From Octopus sinensis (lineage: Eukaryota), in the NCBI RefSeq assembly GCF_006345805.1, contig NC_042998.1, forward strand, positions 70,370,001-70,434,000: DNA of 64,000 nucleotides. Direction: 5' to 3'. Under the pieces are notes generated by a model that was not told the origin of the DNA, searched no databases, and was given only the letters and a program-made list of their open reading frames with translations. Shown piece after piece: positions 38,666 to 51,694 of the stretch (the stretch's first letter is position 1; every line of letters starts with the position of its first letter). The translations under genes were made by a program, and so were the position numbers.

Positions 38666-38871
38666 CCATTTACTCATCTGCATAACTATTGCAAGACCAT
38701 TATCAGACCTGTGGAAGGTGTCTTCTTGTACTACACAGCCTTTAAGCTGTCCTGTTTCCCAAATTGAAACTCTTTCTTCTGGTTGTTTGCCAACATAATC
38801 TCCATCAATTTGCTGAATTTGTTTCCTTTTTTCTTCACTTCTCAACAACAATAGAACTATGGACAGTAACC
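38666..38871 (-). CDS. Candidate exon of a possible antisense gene (LLSIVLLLLRSEEKRKQIQQ...DNGLAIVMQMSKW); may instead be a decayed element
   Basis: Minus-strand acceptor ctttttacatag, donor TGG|gtaagt, 68 open codons. No recognised homology. Confidence 0.22.
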
Positions 38872-41294
38872 CTATGTAAAAAGCTTCTACTTTCACTGCC
38901 TGCTTTGCACCTTACTCTACATGTATACACTATTCCTTTCCACTCTATCAGGTCCCCACTTTTGCATACACACATACAAAGAATGAAAGTACCTCCCATT
39001 GCTTGAAACCAACAAATTCCACCACCTTCAAACATTAGGTCTCAGAACTATCCGCTATATTCACCTATCTCTTCCTCTCTGCAAGAATATGCTCTGACTT
39101 TCAGGAACTGGTTACACTGGCATTCCGTCAGTTACAATGACGAGAGTTCAAGTTGATCCAGACAGCAGAACAGCCTGCTCGTGAAATTAATGTGCAAGTG
39201 GCTGAGCACTTGTGTATCTTTAACGTAGTTGTCAGGGAGATTCAATGTGACACAGAGTGTGACAAGGCTGGCCCTTTGAAATACAGGTACAACTCATTTT
39301 TGCCAGCTGGGTGAACTGGAGCAACATAAAATAAAGTATCTTGCTCAAGGACAAAATGCATTGCCAGGAATTGAACTCACAACCTTGCAATCATGAGCTG
39401 AATACCCTAATCACTAAGCCATGTGCATGGTTTGTACAGCTGGAATTCCTATCCATTTCTAATGTGAACCCCTTTACAGAGTGCAGCAAAAGATTTTACA
39501 TGGCTCCTACACTAGTGAGGTCACCATGTATCACTGAAGGCTAAAGAGTCTGAGAAGGAAAATAATGGCAAGAGAAGTGGCTCTGTATGAGGTATTGAGA
39601 AGCTGAAGTGTGACAGAAGGTACAAGAAGAGGGTTCATTGTCATGGAGAAGATACATAACTACCTCATACTATATAGGGGTGGGTGGTAGTGGATCTGGA
39701 AAGGGAATTAAAAATGGTGGTGACAAGGTGCCTTCTGGTCCTTCTAAACGAGTGGTTGTCAACGATTTTTTACTTGTGGAAACCCTTCAATTCCTATTTT
39801 ACTTGGGTGGAACCTCATAGCCATTTATTGTTTAAAAGAAGCCTTATTGCAAATGTATAATTATGTATTATTAAGAATTGTATAAAAAAAATTGTTAAAA
39901 CACTTTATTAAAACTACAAGATAATGTATGTTAAATTCTAAACAATGTGAATGAATAAGCATTATATTTGATAGAATAACCTGAATATGAAAGGGTTAAA
40001 TACTGAGGAATAAATTTATTTAAAAATATCGTCACAAAAGGATTAAAAAACAGTTAGTATTCTGCAAATAATAACCAATTTATTGCACATTAATTTTAAC
40101 AACGAAATCATACACGGACCCCAAAGGATCATTTGGAGACCCAAGGGTCATATGAACCCAGGTTGAGAACTATTATTCTAAACTGTCCAAGGTGTGCCAG
40201 CATGGAACTTAAAAATAGTGATAAGGACAATGATACATACAAACACACATACGCACACAAACACGCACAGATGCACACACACACACATACATGCACACAC
40301 ATACACACACAAATATACATACATGCACACACAAATGTGGTATTATTGTACACGTGGTGTCTATGTACTGTAACTTAGCAATTTAACAAATAGTAATTGA
40401 CAAAATAAAAACAAAACTAAAGTAAGGGGTGGGGTAGATATAAGTGAGGAAAGTCTAGTGCTTTAGCATGGCCATGATCTAACAAGTGAAATGAATAACA
40501 GAATAGAAATACGGAAGTTAAACAGTGAAGAGAAGAATACTGATGATAGTGATGATGAAGGAAGAGAAGAAGAAGATGATGATGATAATGGCGGTAGTGG
40601 TGGTGGTGGTGGTGTTGCTGGTGATGGTGTTGGTGGTGGTGGTAGTGGTGGTGGTGCTGGTGGTGGTGGTGCTGGTGGCAGTGAGGAGGAGCAAGGAGAT
40701 TCTAGTGTGGGTGGTGGTTTTGGTGATAGTATTTATATTGATGATGATGATGATGATGATTGTTGTTGTTGTTCAGCCCTAGGTAAGGTCTGATTGAGTT
40801 GATGTCTGATCAATCTCAGCCATGGAAATCTCCCTTTTTTATTTTTCTTTGTTCTCTCTGAAGTATTTAGGGTATCTGCATCGACATCTTTAACCAGTGT
40901 GCATTCCTCCACTATTTTTTTTCCCTTCTGATGATTGGATGGAATTATGAGGGAAATCTCACTGCTATTTCTAAATGGAACGGCAAGTGATGGTATAATG
41001 GTCGTGATAAGCTTGGTGATTTTGATGTTGAGGACAGTGACAATGACGACGATGATAAAGCAGAGGATGATGGCAATGATGATGATGATGATGGTGATGG
41101 TAGTGGTTAAGGGTGGGTTTCAGGGGAGGTGGAGTGAGTGCAATGAAGGCAACAAAGTTGAAATGATGGGGTTGGGTAGGGTGGGGGGTGGGCAAGCAGA
41201 TTGACAAGTGATGTAATTAAAGAGATTTTAGTCAGTGGCAGCAAAAGTGGTGATTAAAATGTATGAGAGGGGGGAGGAGGAGTGAGTGGGATGT

Positions 41295-41325
<31 letters not shown>

Positions 41326-41531
41326 GGAGAGCGAGACAGATCAAAGCTAGTGGAGGGTGACATGAAAAGAGAGGGGGAGAGAGTGTATTCCTCCTCCCTT
41401 TCCTCCCCGTACTTCATTGTTGATATATGACTCAGAGTGACAGACATAACCAACCAATTCTATATTTTGGAACAGAACAGTGGAGGTTGGTAGTGGTGGG
41501 GTCACAACGGTTTGGATTGCACACACATACA

Positions 41532-41567
<36 letters not shown>

Positions 41568-41677
41568 TATATGAATATATATTTATGAATGTATGCATAT
41601 CGATACATGCATACATATGTGAACATAAATATATGCATACAGATAGGAGTGTATTTATATATATCATCATCATCATC

Positions 41678-41725
<48 letters not shown>

Positions 41726-41992
41726 GAATACTTGGGTGCATGCTTGTTCAAATACATATATGTGCATATGCATACACACCTAGTTATATACATGTAAGCA
41801 TACATGCACACTTACATATATGTACACATGTGCATACATGCATACATACATACATGCATATATATATATATATATAATATATATATATATGCATTCCTGC
41901 ACGCATGTATAAATATTTATCTATATGCACATATGAAAGTATAGATACATGTATATGCATAGCCGTACATACATGCAAACTTATATATATAG

Positions 41993-42035
<43 letters not shown>

Positions 42036-42206
42036 CACGTGTGTGTGTGCGTGAACATCTATAGCTCTGTGTGTATTTCCTTGTATATGTGTATATGTGC
42101 ACCTATCTGTATACCTATGGGTGTGTATAACTCTCGTCATGTGGTTATGCATCTGCAGGGATGGGGTACGTGTGTGCATGCATACATGTGTATGCATGTG
42201 GGCATA

Positions 42207-42263
<57 letters not shown>

Positions 42264-42648
42264 ATACATGTGCATGTACAAATGTGCATATGTGTGTGCA
42301 CATGTATGTTTGTGAATGCATGTGTATATGTGTGCACATGTGTGTGTGTACCTCCCATCTGAATATAAATATATACTGCCACTGCATATTACATTCCCAT
42401 AGACAGATTTTTATAGAGTGAAACTCATACACACACAGTGCATAAATGCACAGATATCTATATACACACAGCTCTATGCACATACATTTTGTCTTTCTTG
42501 ATGTGTTTTATCCTGCCTGCTATGCATGCAATTTTGGTTATCATATCGTTCTTCCTTTACTTCACTTATTACTGCTGCCTGTCCCCTTTTTTACCCTTCG
42601 CCCATGAACTGCAGTGCACCTGGGCACAGTATATAATAAGCACATTAA

Positions 42649-42686
<38 letters not shown>

Positions 42687-42700
42687 TCTCTCTCTTTACA

Positions 42701-43097
42701 CTTTTACTTGTTTCAGTCATTTGACTGCGGCCATGCTGGAGCACCGCCTTTTAGTCGAGCAAATCGACCCCGGGACTTATTCTTTGTAAGCCCAGTACTT
42801 ATTCTATCGGTCTCTTTTTGCCGAACCACTAAGTGACGGGGACGTAAACACACCAGCATCAGTTCTCAAGCAATGCTAGGGGAACAAACACAGACACACA
42901 AACATACACACATACATATATATATATATATACATATATACGACAGGCTTCTTTCAGTTTCCATCTACCAAATCCACTCACAAGGCATTGGTAGGCCTGG
43001 GGCTATAGCAGAAGACACTTGCCCACGATGCCACACAGTGGGACTGAACCCGGAACCATGTGGTTGGTTAGCAAGCTACTTACCACACAGTCACTCC
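42701..43097 (-). mobile_element. tRNA-derived SINE family A (well-preserved copy)
   Basis: Minus: gtgtggtaagtagcttgctaaccaaccacatggttccgggttcagtcccactgtgtggcatc..., internal microsatellite, tail tgactgaaacaagtaaaag. Confidence 0.85.
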
Positions 43098-43126
43098 TGC
43101 ACCTTATTATTATTATTATTATTATG

Positions 43127-43595
43127 GTGGTGAGCTGGCAGAATTGTTAGCATGCTGGGTGAAATGCTTAGCGGTATTTTGTCTCTCTCTACATTCTGAG
43201 TTCAAATTCCGCTGAGGTCGACTTTGCTTTTCATCCTTTTGGAGTTGATAAGTTAAGTACCAGTGGAGTTCTGGGGTTGATGTAATCACCTTAACCCACA
43301 CCCCAAAATTTCAGGCCTTGTGCCTATAGTAGAAAGGATTATAATTATTATCGTTATTATCATTATTATTATTATCATTAAAGTGGTGGGCTTCTAGAAT
43401 TGTTAGCACACCATGCAAAATGCTTAGCAGCATTTCGTCTGTCCTTACATTCAAAGTTCAAATTCCGCTGAGGCTGACTTTGCCTTTAATCATTTTGGAG
43501 TTGATGAAATACGTACCAGTTGAGCACTTGGGTCGATGTAATTGAGTAGTCCCCACCCCTGAAATTTTAGGCCATGTGTCTATAGTAGAAAGAAT
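43127..43595 (+). mobile_element. Two tandem SINE family B copies. Others at about 44095-44290(-), 45540-45740(+), 45770-45900(-), 47215-47430(+), 51718-51930(+), 52215-52350(+)
   Basis: Same body as 23454, each flanked by (ATT)n. Confidence 0.82.
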
Positions 43596-43689
43596 TATTA
43601 TTATGATTATTATTATATACATGCTCATATGTCCATATATACATCTTTAAATACTCACTCTCAACACACACACACAATATCTAATAAAA

Positions 43690-43925
43690 AGACACCATTT
43701 TGAGCGTGGCTGTTGCCAGTACTGCTAGACTGGCCCTTATGCTGGTGGCACGTAAAAGCACCCACTACACTCTCAGAGTGGTTGGTGTTAGGAAGAGCAT
43801 CCAGCTGTAGAAACTCTGCCTGATCAGATTGGAGCCTGGTGCAGCCATCTGGTTTGCCAGTCCTCAGTGAAATCGTCCAACCCATGCCAGCATGGAAAGC
43901 TGACGTTAGATGATGATGATGATTA
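43690..43925 (+). mobile_element. RTE 3'-end copy. Similar copies lie at about 17235-17540(-), 22980-23235(+), 28390-28710(+), 29445-29660(+), 51940-52210(-), 56310-56635(-), 58500-58770(+)
   Basis: Shared text tggcacgtaaaagcaccc...aggaagggcatccagctgtagaaa...ccatgccagcatggaaag...ttaaatgatgatgat. Confidence 0.8.
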
Positions 43926-44372
43926 TATATATATATATGTATGAATGTATGTATGTGGGTATATGTGTATATATGATAGTTGCAAATGAATGTCACCGTC
44001 ATACAAGTGGTGGACTTCACTTCCAATCTACTAAGGAAATGTGTCCAGTCATGGAAAAATATTTATTTCTTTACTACCCACAAGGGGCTAAACACAGAGG
44101 TGACAAACAAGGACAGACAAAGGAATTAAGTTGATTACATCGACCCCAGTGCATAACTGGTACTTAATTTATTGACCCCGAAAGGATGAAAGGCAAAGTT
44201 GACCTCTGCGGAATTTGAACTCGGAACGTAACGACAGACGAAATATGGCTATGCATTTTGCCTGGCATGCTAACGTTTCTGCCAGCTATGCGAGGGCTGG
44301 CAGCAAGAAGAGCATTCTGCTATAGAAAATCTACTTCAACGAATTGCGACTCATGCCATACACACGCACACA

Positions 44373-44433
<61 letters not shown>

Positions 44434-44456
44434 GTATATATATATGTGTGTATATA

Positions 44457-44538
<82 letters not shown>

Positions 44539-45258
44539 AGGAATACCAAAATGGGACAAAAACCAGACAGATGATACAAAAGATGGACAAGAAAAAACAC
44601 GGACGGGTCATTCAAAGTTTTCTTTCCTCAGTTGATTTCCAGATTATCTTTGCAATTTTGGCTTCTTATACTCAAGATTTCTCCAATTTGGCCAGCTCCA
44701 AGAAAAAACTAAGCTTAGTGTATTAGATTCCTTGGAAGAAAGCAGCGAATGTATACGAAACAAGGACGGAAAAAAAAACGGAGAAATGGTTTACAAATAC
44801 AAATGCAAATAACAGGACATGCATTTTACATATTGTACTATTTGTTTGTTGAAAGTTTCAAGAAAGTAAAGCATTCGAGTTTCATACTAGAAGGGAGATA
44901 TCTGGATTATCCTAGATCAAGCTATTGCCATTTTGATATTATCCAAATCTGATATCTACCTCCATGCATGAAACTTAAGTAGTTTACTAAAAATTAGTTA
45001 CTGTGTATTTACATGTGTGTGTGTGTGTCTAGGCGATAACACAACTTCCCCTTCAAACCAAACAAAATCTTTCAACAATATCTTTCTATCAACACACACC
45101 TTACAAACATACTTTCCTCCTGTCCCAAACATCTACTTCCTAAGTGTACATACGCAAAGCCTAATTACTTTTTCACATTGTTCCACCTACTCGAAAAATG
45201 AAAAAAAAAATCAACTTGCCAAAGACTATATAAAGTCAGAAGGAACTCGTGTGTAGTA

Positions 45259-45300
45259 CAGTCTGAAGAGGGTTAGCTGGCTGAAACTTTGAAGTTACTG
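45259..45300 (+). ncRNA. Minimal type I hammerhead ribozyme, all core nucleotides intact
   Basis: cagt-CTGAAGA-gg gttagctgg ct-GAA-AC tttgaa GT-T-actg. Stem III is near-palindromic (ACTT TG AAGT); GUU cleavage triplet. Confidence 0.72.
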
Positions 45301-45996
45301 GCACCCCTCTTATTGTAAAAGTTTAATAAACATTTACTCTGAGTTGTTTTTCAGTTTGAGGTTAAATTGTTTTTATATATAACTTGTCATATAAAACAAA
45401 CGTTAATATTTATATACATATATATTGTCGTCATCATCATCATTATCATCATCATTTATCAGAATTATTAGAACTGTGTCGCTTAAGTTGGGGGCGCATG
45501 CCCCAGCTGTGGTTCATTGCAATATTTTGGTGTGAGGCTAAGGCAGAATCATTAGTATGCTGGACAAAATGCTTTGTGGAATTTTGTCTGTGTTTATGTC
45601 CTAAATTCAAATTCTGTCAAAGTAAACTTTGCCATTCATCCTTTCTGGGTCATTAAAATAAGTACCAGTTGAGTACTGGGGGGGGGTCGATGTAATTGAC
45701 TATCCCCTTCCCCCAAAGTTTCAGGCCTTGTGCCTATTGTGTTTTTTTTTGTTATTTTTTTCTGCGTTCAAATACTGCTGAGGTCAACTTTGCCCTCCAT
45801 CCTTTCGAGGTTGATAGAATGTGTACCAGTTGAGTGCTGGGGGTGATGAAATTGATTATCTCTGTCCCATAAAATTTTGGCTCTTGTACCTATACTAGAA
45901 AGGAGAATTATTATTATTATTATTGTTATGGCCAGATGTACCTCAATGCCATAGCAACTGCCATCACACCATCTTACCATCATGCCCAGTTTTTAT

Positions 45997-47187
45997 TCAT
46001 CATTATTGTTTAACATCCATTTTCCATGCTAGCATGGGTTGGACGATTTTGACTGAGGGCTGCTGAACCAGATGGCTGCACCAGGCTCCAATCTTGATCT
46101 GGCAGTTTCTACAGCTGGATGCCCTGCCTAACGCCAACCACTCCAAGAGTGTACTGGCAATGAGCTTGCTTGAATCTTTTTACACATGCCACTGACACAG
46201 GTGCCAGTGGGGTGATGCTGGTAATGATCACGCTCAAATGGTGCCCTTTTACGTACCACCGGCACGGAAGCCAGTTAGCCTCTCTGGCAACGATCATGCT
46301 CAGATGGTGCTCTTGGCACCCTACTAGCACGGGCACAAGTGCCAGTAAGTCGATGCTGGTAATGATCACACTTGAATGGTGCCTTTTATGTGTCACTGGC
46401 ATGGAAGCCTGTTAGCCGCTCTGTCAACGATCACACTCGTATGGTGCTCTTTGCACCCCGCTAGCACGGATGCCAGTCATCGAATTTGATTTTGATTTCA
46501 CTTGCGTCAACAGGTCTTCGCAAGCAGAGTTTAGCGTCCAAAGAAGGAAAAGGTACACATAAGTGAGCTGGTTATGCTCCTGGAATAGGCCACGGGTTAT
46601 GGTCTCATTTGGCTTGCTGGGTCTTCTCTAGCACAGCATATTTCCAAAAGTCTTGGTCACTAGTCATTTCCTTGGTGAGGCCTAAATTTCGAAGGTCGTG
46701 CTTCACCACTTCATCCCAGGTCTTCTTGGGTCTACCTCTTCCACAGGTTCCCTCAACCGCTAGTGTGTGGCTCTTTTTCACACAGTTCTCCTCATCCATT
46801 CTTGCCACATGACCATACCAGCGCAGTCGTCTCTCTTGCACACCACATCTGATGCTTCTTAGGTCCAACTTTTCTCTCAAGGTACTTACACTCTGTCGAG
46901 TATGCACACTGACATTACACATCCATTGGATCATACGGGCTTCATTCCTTGTGAGCTTACACATGTCCTCGCAAGGACATGTGTAAGCCCATGTTTCACT
47001 GCCATGTAGTATGGCTGTTCGTACACAAGCATCATACAGTCTACCTTTTACTCTGAGTGAGAGGCCCTTTGTCACCAGCAGAAGTAAGAGCTCTCTGAAC
47101 TTTGCCCAAGCTATTTTTATTCTAGCAGCTACACTTTCAGCACACCCTCCTCCGCTACTGACTTGGTCACCTAGGTAATGGAAGTTA
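45997..47187 (-). mobile_element. 5'-truncated RTE LINE: RT C-terminus (stop at 46605), long repeat-containing 3'UTR and short-repeat tail
   Basis: YLGDQVSSGGG...AWAKFREL...RLYDACVRTAILHGSETW...RRLRWYGHVARM...GRGRPKKTW, continuous with the abundant 3'-end repeat. Confidence 0.93.
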
Positions 47188-47585
47188 TCATATTATTATT
47201 ATTGTTATTATTAAGGTGGTGAGCTGGCAGAGTTGTTAGGTACACTGGATGAAATGCTTAGTGGTATTTTGCCTGTCGCTTTGAACTGAGTTAAAATTCT
47301 GCTGAGGTCAACTTTGCCTTTCATCCTTTCGGGGTCAGTAAAATAAGTACCAGTTAAACACTGGGGTTGCTATAACTGACTCATCCCCTCCCCCAAATTG
47401 CTGCCCTTGTAGCAAAATTTGAAACCATTTTTGTTATTATTATTATTATTTTTATTGTTACCATCATCATCATCATTGTCATCGTCATCATATGTATGTG
47501 TGCATTCATGTATGTGTCTAATACCTATATTCCTATAACTCACTTTTCTTGACATCACTTGACCTCTGTATTCTCTGTTATGCAG

Positions 47586-47638
47586 GATGGACAACCAGTC
47601 TGGAAATTATTGCGCCAACTACATTTCACTAGACGGTG
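47586..47638 (+). CDS. Internal coding exon (53 nt, phase 2-1); MDNQSGNYCANYISLDG
   Basis: Acceptor ctctgtattctctgttatgcag, donor GTG|gtaagt. Phase-compatible with the preceding exon. Confidence 0.72.
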
Positions 47639-47929
47639 GTAAGTCATTTATTTTGCCTCTCTTCACTGTCCATTCCCTGTCTGTCTGTTACTCCCCGACT
47701 CCATGTATCATTGTCTCTCCCCACCATATCTGTCTGTCTGTGTGTTTGTCTGTTGTCTCCTTTTACATGTCTATCTGTTTTCCATGCTAATTTGTCTATC
47801 CATGTGTTCCATGCACCCACACCTGTATATGTCAAGTGTTATCCCATGTCCCTTGTTCCTACTCCTCTCTATGTCCAGTATTACTCCCTTATATCTCAAT
47901 AGCCCCCCCACGACAATACTTCCATATGC

Positions 47930-48460
47930 CCAGTGTTAACCCAGTGTACCCTTGTGTTCCATAACCCTTATTATATGTCCAGTACTACTCTGCTGTATCG
48001 TCCCACATCTCTATGTTCAGTTTTACCTCACTCCCTGTGCCCTACATATTATGTCTGTATGTCCAGCATTTACCTTACAATATTCTTATATCCTCACACC
48101 ACTATATGTCCAGTGTTAGCCTACTATATCCCTATATCAACAGACTACAATATGTCTAATGCATCCTCATACTACTCTCCATATACTTGTATGTCCATAC
48201 TTCTTTCTGTCAGCAATACTCCACACCTCATTACATTCATGTCCACACCTCTGTGTGTCCAAAGTTACACAACTATATATATGTGTATCCACTCTACTGT
48301 ATGTTCTGTGTTATCCCCACTATATCTCCATGTCCCACATCTCTATATGTCTAAAGTTACCCCACTATATATATATATCCGTGTCCCCACTCCACTATAT
48401 GTCCTGTGTTACCCCTCTATATCTCTGTACCACACCTCTATATGTCCAAAGTTATTCTAC

Positions 48461-48491
<31 letters not shown>

Positions 48492-48743
48492 GTGTGTGTG
48501 TGTATGTCCACACCACTATCACCACTGTGTATCACACCCCTACATATCCAAAATTACCCTCCTACTCTGTGTTACCCCACTATGTCTTTATGTCCCACAT
48601 ATATATATATATATATGTTCCCCCACCCCACTGTATGTCCTGTGTTAACCCCATTATATCTTTATGTCCCACACCTCTACATGTCCTGTGTTATCCCACT
48701 ATATCTCTATGTCCCACACCTTTATATGTCCAAAGTTACCCTA

Positions 48744-48787
<44 letters not shown>

Positions 48788-49560
48788 CCCCACTCCACTA
48801 TATGTCCTGTGTTACCCCCACTATATCTCTATGTCCCACATTTTTATATATCCAGAGTTAACCTACTATATATATTGTACCCATTCCACTATATGTCCTG
48901 TGTTACCCCACTATATCTCTATGTCCCACATCTTTATATGTCCAGAGTTACCCTATTATGTATATGCGTCCCCACTCCACGATATGTCTTGTGTTACCCC
49001 ACTATATTTGTATGCCCCACACCTTTATATGTCCAGAGTTACGTTACTATATATATACATGTGTCCCCACTTCACTATACGTCCTGTGTTACCTCAACTA
49101 TATCTCTATGCCTCACACCTTTATATGTCCAGAATTACCCTACTATATATATGTGTCCCCACTCCACTATATGTACTGCATTACACACACTATATCTCTA
49201 TGTCCCACAGCACTATATGTCCATTGTTACTCCACCATAACCCTGTGTTCCCACATCAGTTTCATTATGTTCCCGGTGTTATCCCAGTATACTCTTGTGC
49301 CTTAACACCACCAAATGTCTCCACATTAATACCACAATGTCCCTTGTGTTACCCCACCAATACCCTATATGCCTATACTTCTTTATGTCCAGTGTTACTC
49401 AACTATAATCCTGTGCGATACTCTATGAATCTATTGTTACCTTGGTATATACGTGCATCTCTACTATACCCAGTGTTATCTCACTATATATCCAGTATTA
49501 CCCCTGATGTACCCGTGTCCAACATCACTATCTGTCCAGCGTTACCTCCTCTATCCTTAC
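47930..49560. repeat. Degenerate minisatellite; about 90-bp higher-order unit of two related halves, with variable (TA)n spacers
   Basis: Repeated gtccccactccactatatgtcctgtgttaccccactatatctctatgt / cccacatctttatatgtccagagttaccctactatatat. Confidence 0.9.
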
Positions 49561-49630
49561 GTGTACGTACCAGTATCAGATGGTTTTTTTAGTACCCTTC
49601 TTATTTCAAAACTACATGTGATGTTCATTT

Positions 49631-49698
<68 letters not shown>

Positions 49699-49946
49699 TT
49701 TAGTGTTCATGTATAATTATATATACATATATAATGTATGTTTGTCTATATATAATATATATATATCTTAGTGTTATATGTATATATATTCTATATGTTA
49801 GTCTACATATAGTGTAGTGTTTAGTTGTGTATATGCATGGGTGCATCTGTGTTTGTGTGTATATACATTTGAATCTATGTATTGGCTGATCATATATATA
49901 TATATATATACTTAATATTGTTTCAGTTGTGTGTGTGTTTATATAT

Positions 49947-49977
<31 letters not shown>

Positions 49978-50438
49978 GTATGTATATACATATACTCAAG
50001 CACATACACTGACACAGAGACACATATGTATGGATGTATGTATGTGTTGTGTTTATGTATAAATTATTTGATATCACACATTGCGGACAATTGTATCATT
50101 GGTTACACATTATCAAAGCTCCCATTACTGGCTCACTGTATTTCTGATCTGAAGAGTGATAAGGGATTGGGTGTGTAAGTGCGCCAGAATAAATTCCATC
50201 CAGTGTGGTATTTATCTGAAAGTGTTGGCTATTGGTTTTCTTGCCGATGTTTACACTAATATACATCAGTATATCATATATAAATATATTATATATGAAT
50301 ATGTTTTATGTGTTTGAGTGTTTGTGTGCATGTGTATGTATGTATGTATATATGTATACATGTATGTGTCTGTCTATCTATCTATCTCTCTATCTATCTA
50401 TATATATCTATATATATGTATATGTATATGTGTATATA

Positions 50439-50469
<31 letters not shown>

Positions 50470-50470
50470 C

Positions 50471-50523
<53 letters not shown>

Positions 50524-50999
50524 CATACATACATGCATACATTTATATTAGACACACACACACATATATGTTGGGAAGGGTATCCAGCTGTAGAAACCAT
50601 ATCAAAGCAGACATAGAACTAACATGGAGAAAAGGATGTTAAATGATGATGATGATGATGATATATATGCTTCATTGAGTGTTTATTTGAGACTATATAA
50701 ACAAAGAAAATGTCTGACTATATGCATACATTCATACATACACATGCACACACACATACACATTACGGATGTGAAACCTTGGGTAATCCCATAGACTAGC
50801 CATAACTATCGTTATCTAAATATATATATATATATGTATATATATATATGAATAAATATGCATACATATTTTTGTGTATGTGTGGCAGGCAAGCAGGCAT
50901 ATATGTGGGAATATATACACTCCTTGGTTTGGTTCTTCATATATAAAGCGTATCTTGTGTATAAATGTAAATATTTGAAGAGGTGACTAGGGCGTAGAC

Positions 51000-51190
51000 T
51001 GAATGTGGTGAAAGAGAAGAGTATAGAATGGAACTGGAAGAAGTTTACTTTAGAAATGTTATAATTAAGTGGTGTGAAGTCTCTTATGAAAGAGACAGGC
51101 CAAGGATGATCTGACAGTCTGAATGGCTGGAACACAGTGGTCTTTCCTAAAAGCTCTGAAGGAACCAGGTGGCGGTATTAAATTTGGTGC
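51000..51190 (-). mobile_element. L2/Jockey-like LINE 3' remnant
   Basis: RLSDHPWPVSF...PLNYNISKVN resembles TRLS.HP..V...FP..YN...FK..VN. Confidence 0.35.
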
Positions 51191-51602
51191 TGTATTGTAT
51201 CTCCTATCCCAAAACAAGTACAGTCTCAGATGGCATCTGTAAAGGTCTTGCTTCCCCTACATTAACTCTCAAGGCTTGGTTCAATTTCAGGCTGTAGTAG
51301 AAGACATTTGCCCAGTGTTGTTGTTGTTGTTATTATTATTAGTTTGTCCTCTTTCAGTTTTAGTTTCCATTTCTTTCTAAACGTCTTCCCCAATGCCTAA
51401 GGCAAAGAAACTCACTGTATACATTGGTAGGCTACTAAGATAAACACACCAGATTTGTTCATTTACAAAATCAAATAAAGTTGTATGGGAAAAATGATTA
51501 TTTATATGGAAGGTTATCATTCTTACAGCAACAAGGTTCTTCTCAAAGTGCGTGAAGTACCAGTTAAAATGGTCTTTTGTACTTCTTTATTACATTTATT
51601 AC

Positions 51603-51694
<92 letters not shown>

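Noticed and set aside
40491-40793. Asp/Gly-rich 100-aa ORF
   Set aside because: It comes from mixed (GAT)n/(GGT)n triplet repeats; no convincing exon context.
46200-46480. Regularly spaced repeats as a CRISPR-like array
   Set aside because: Eukaryotic context, and the whole unit repeats with no unique spacers; it is an RTE 3'UTR tandem.
50145-50235. CTGAAGA...ttatctGAAA motif
   Set aside because: Partial stem II only; no NUH site or stem I.
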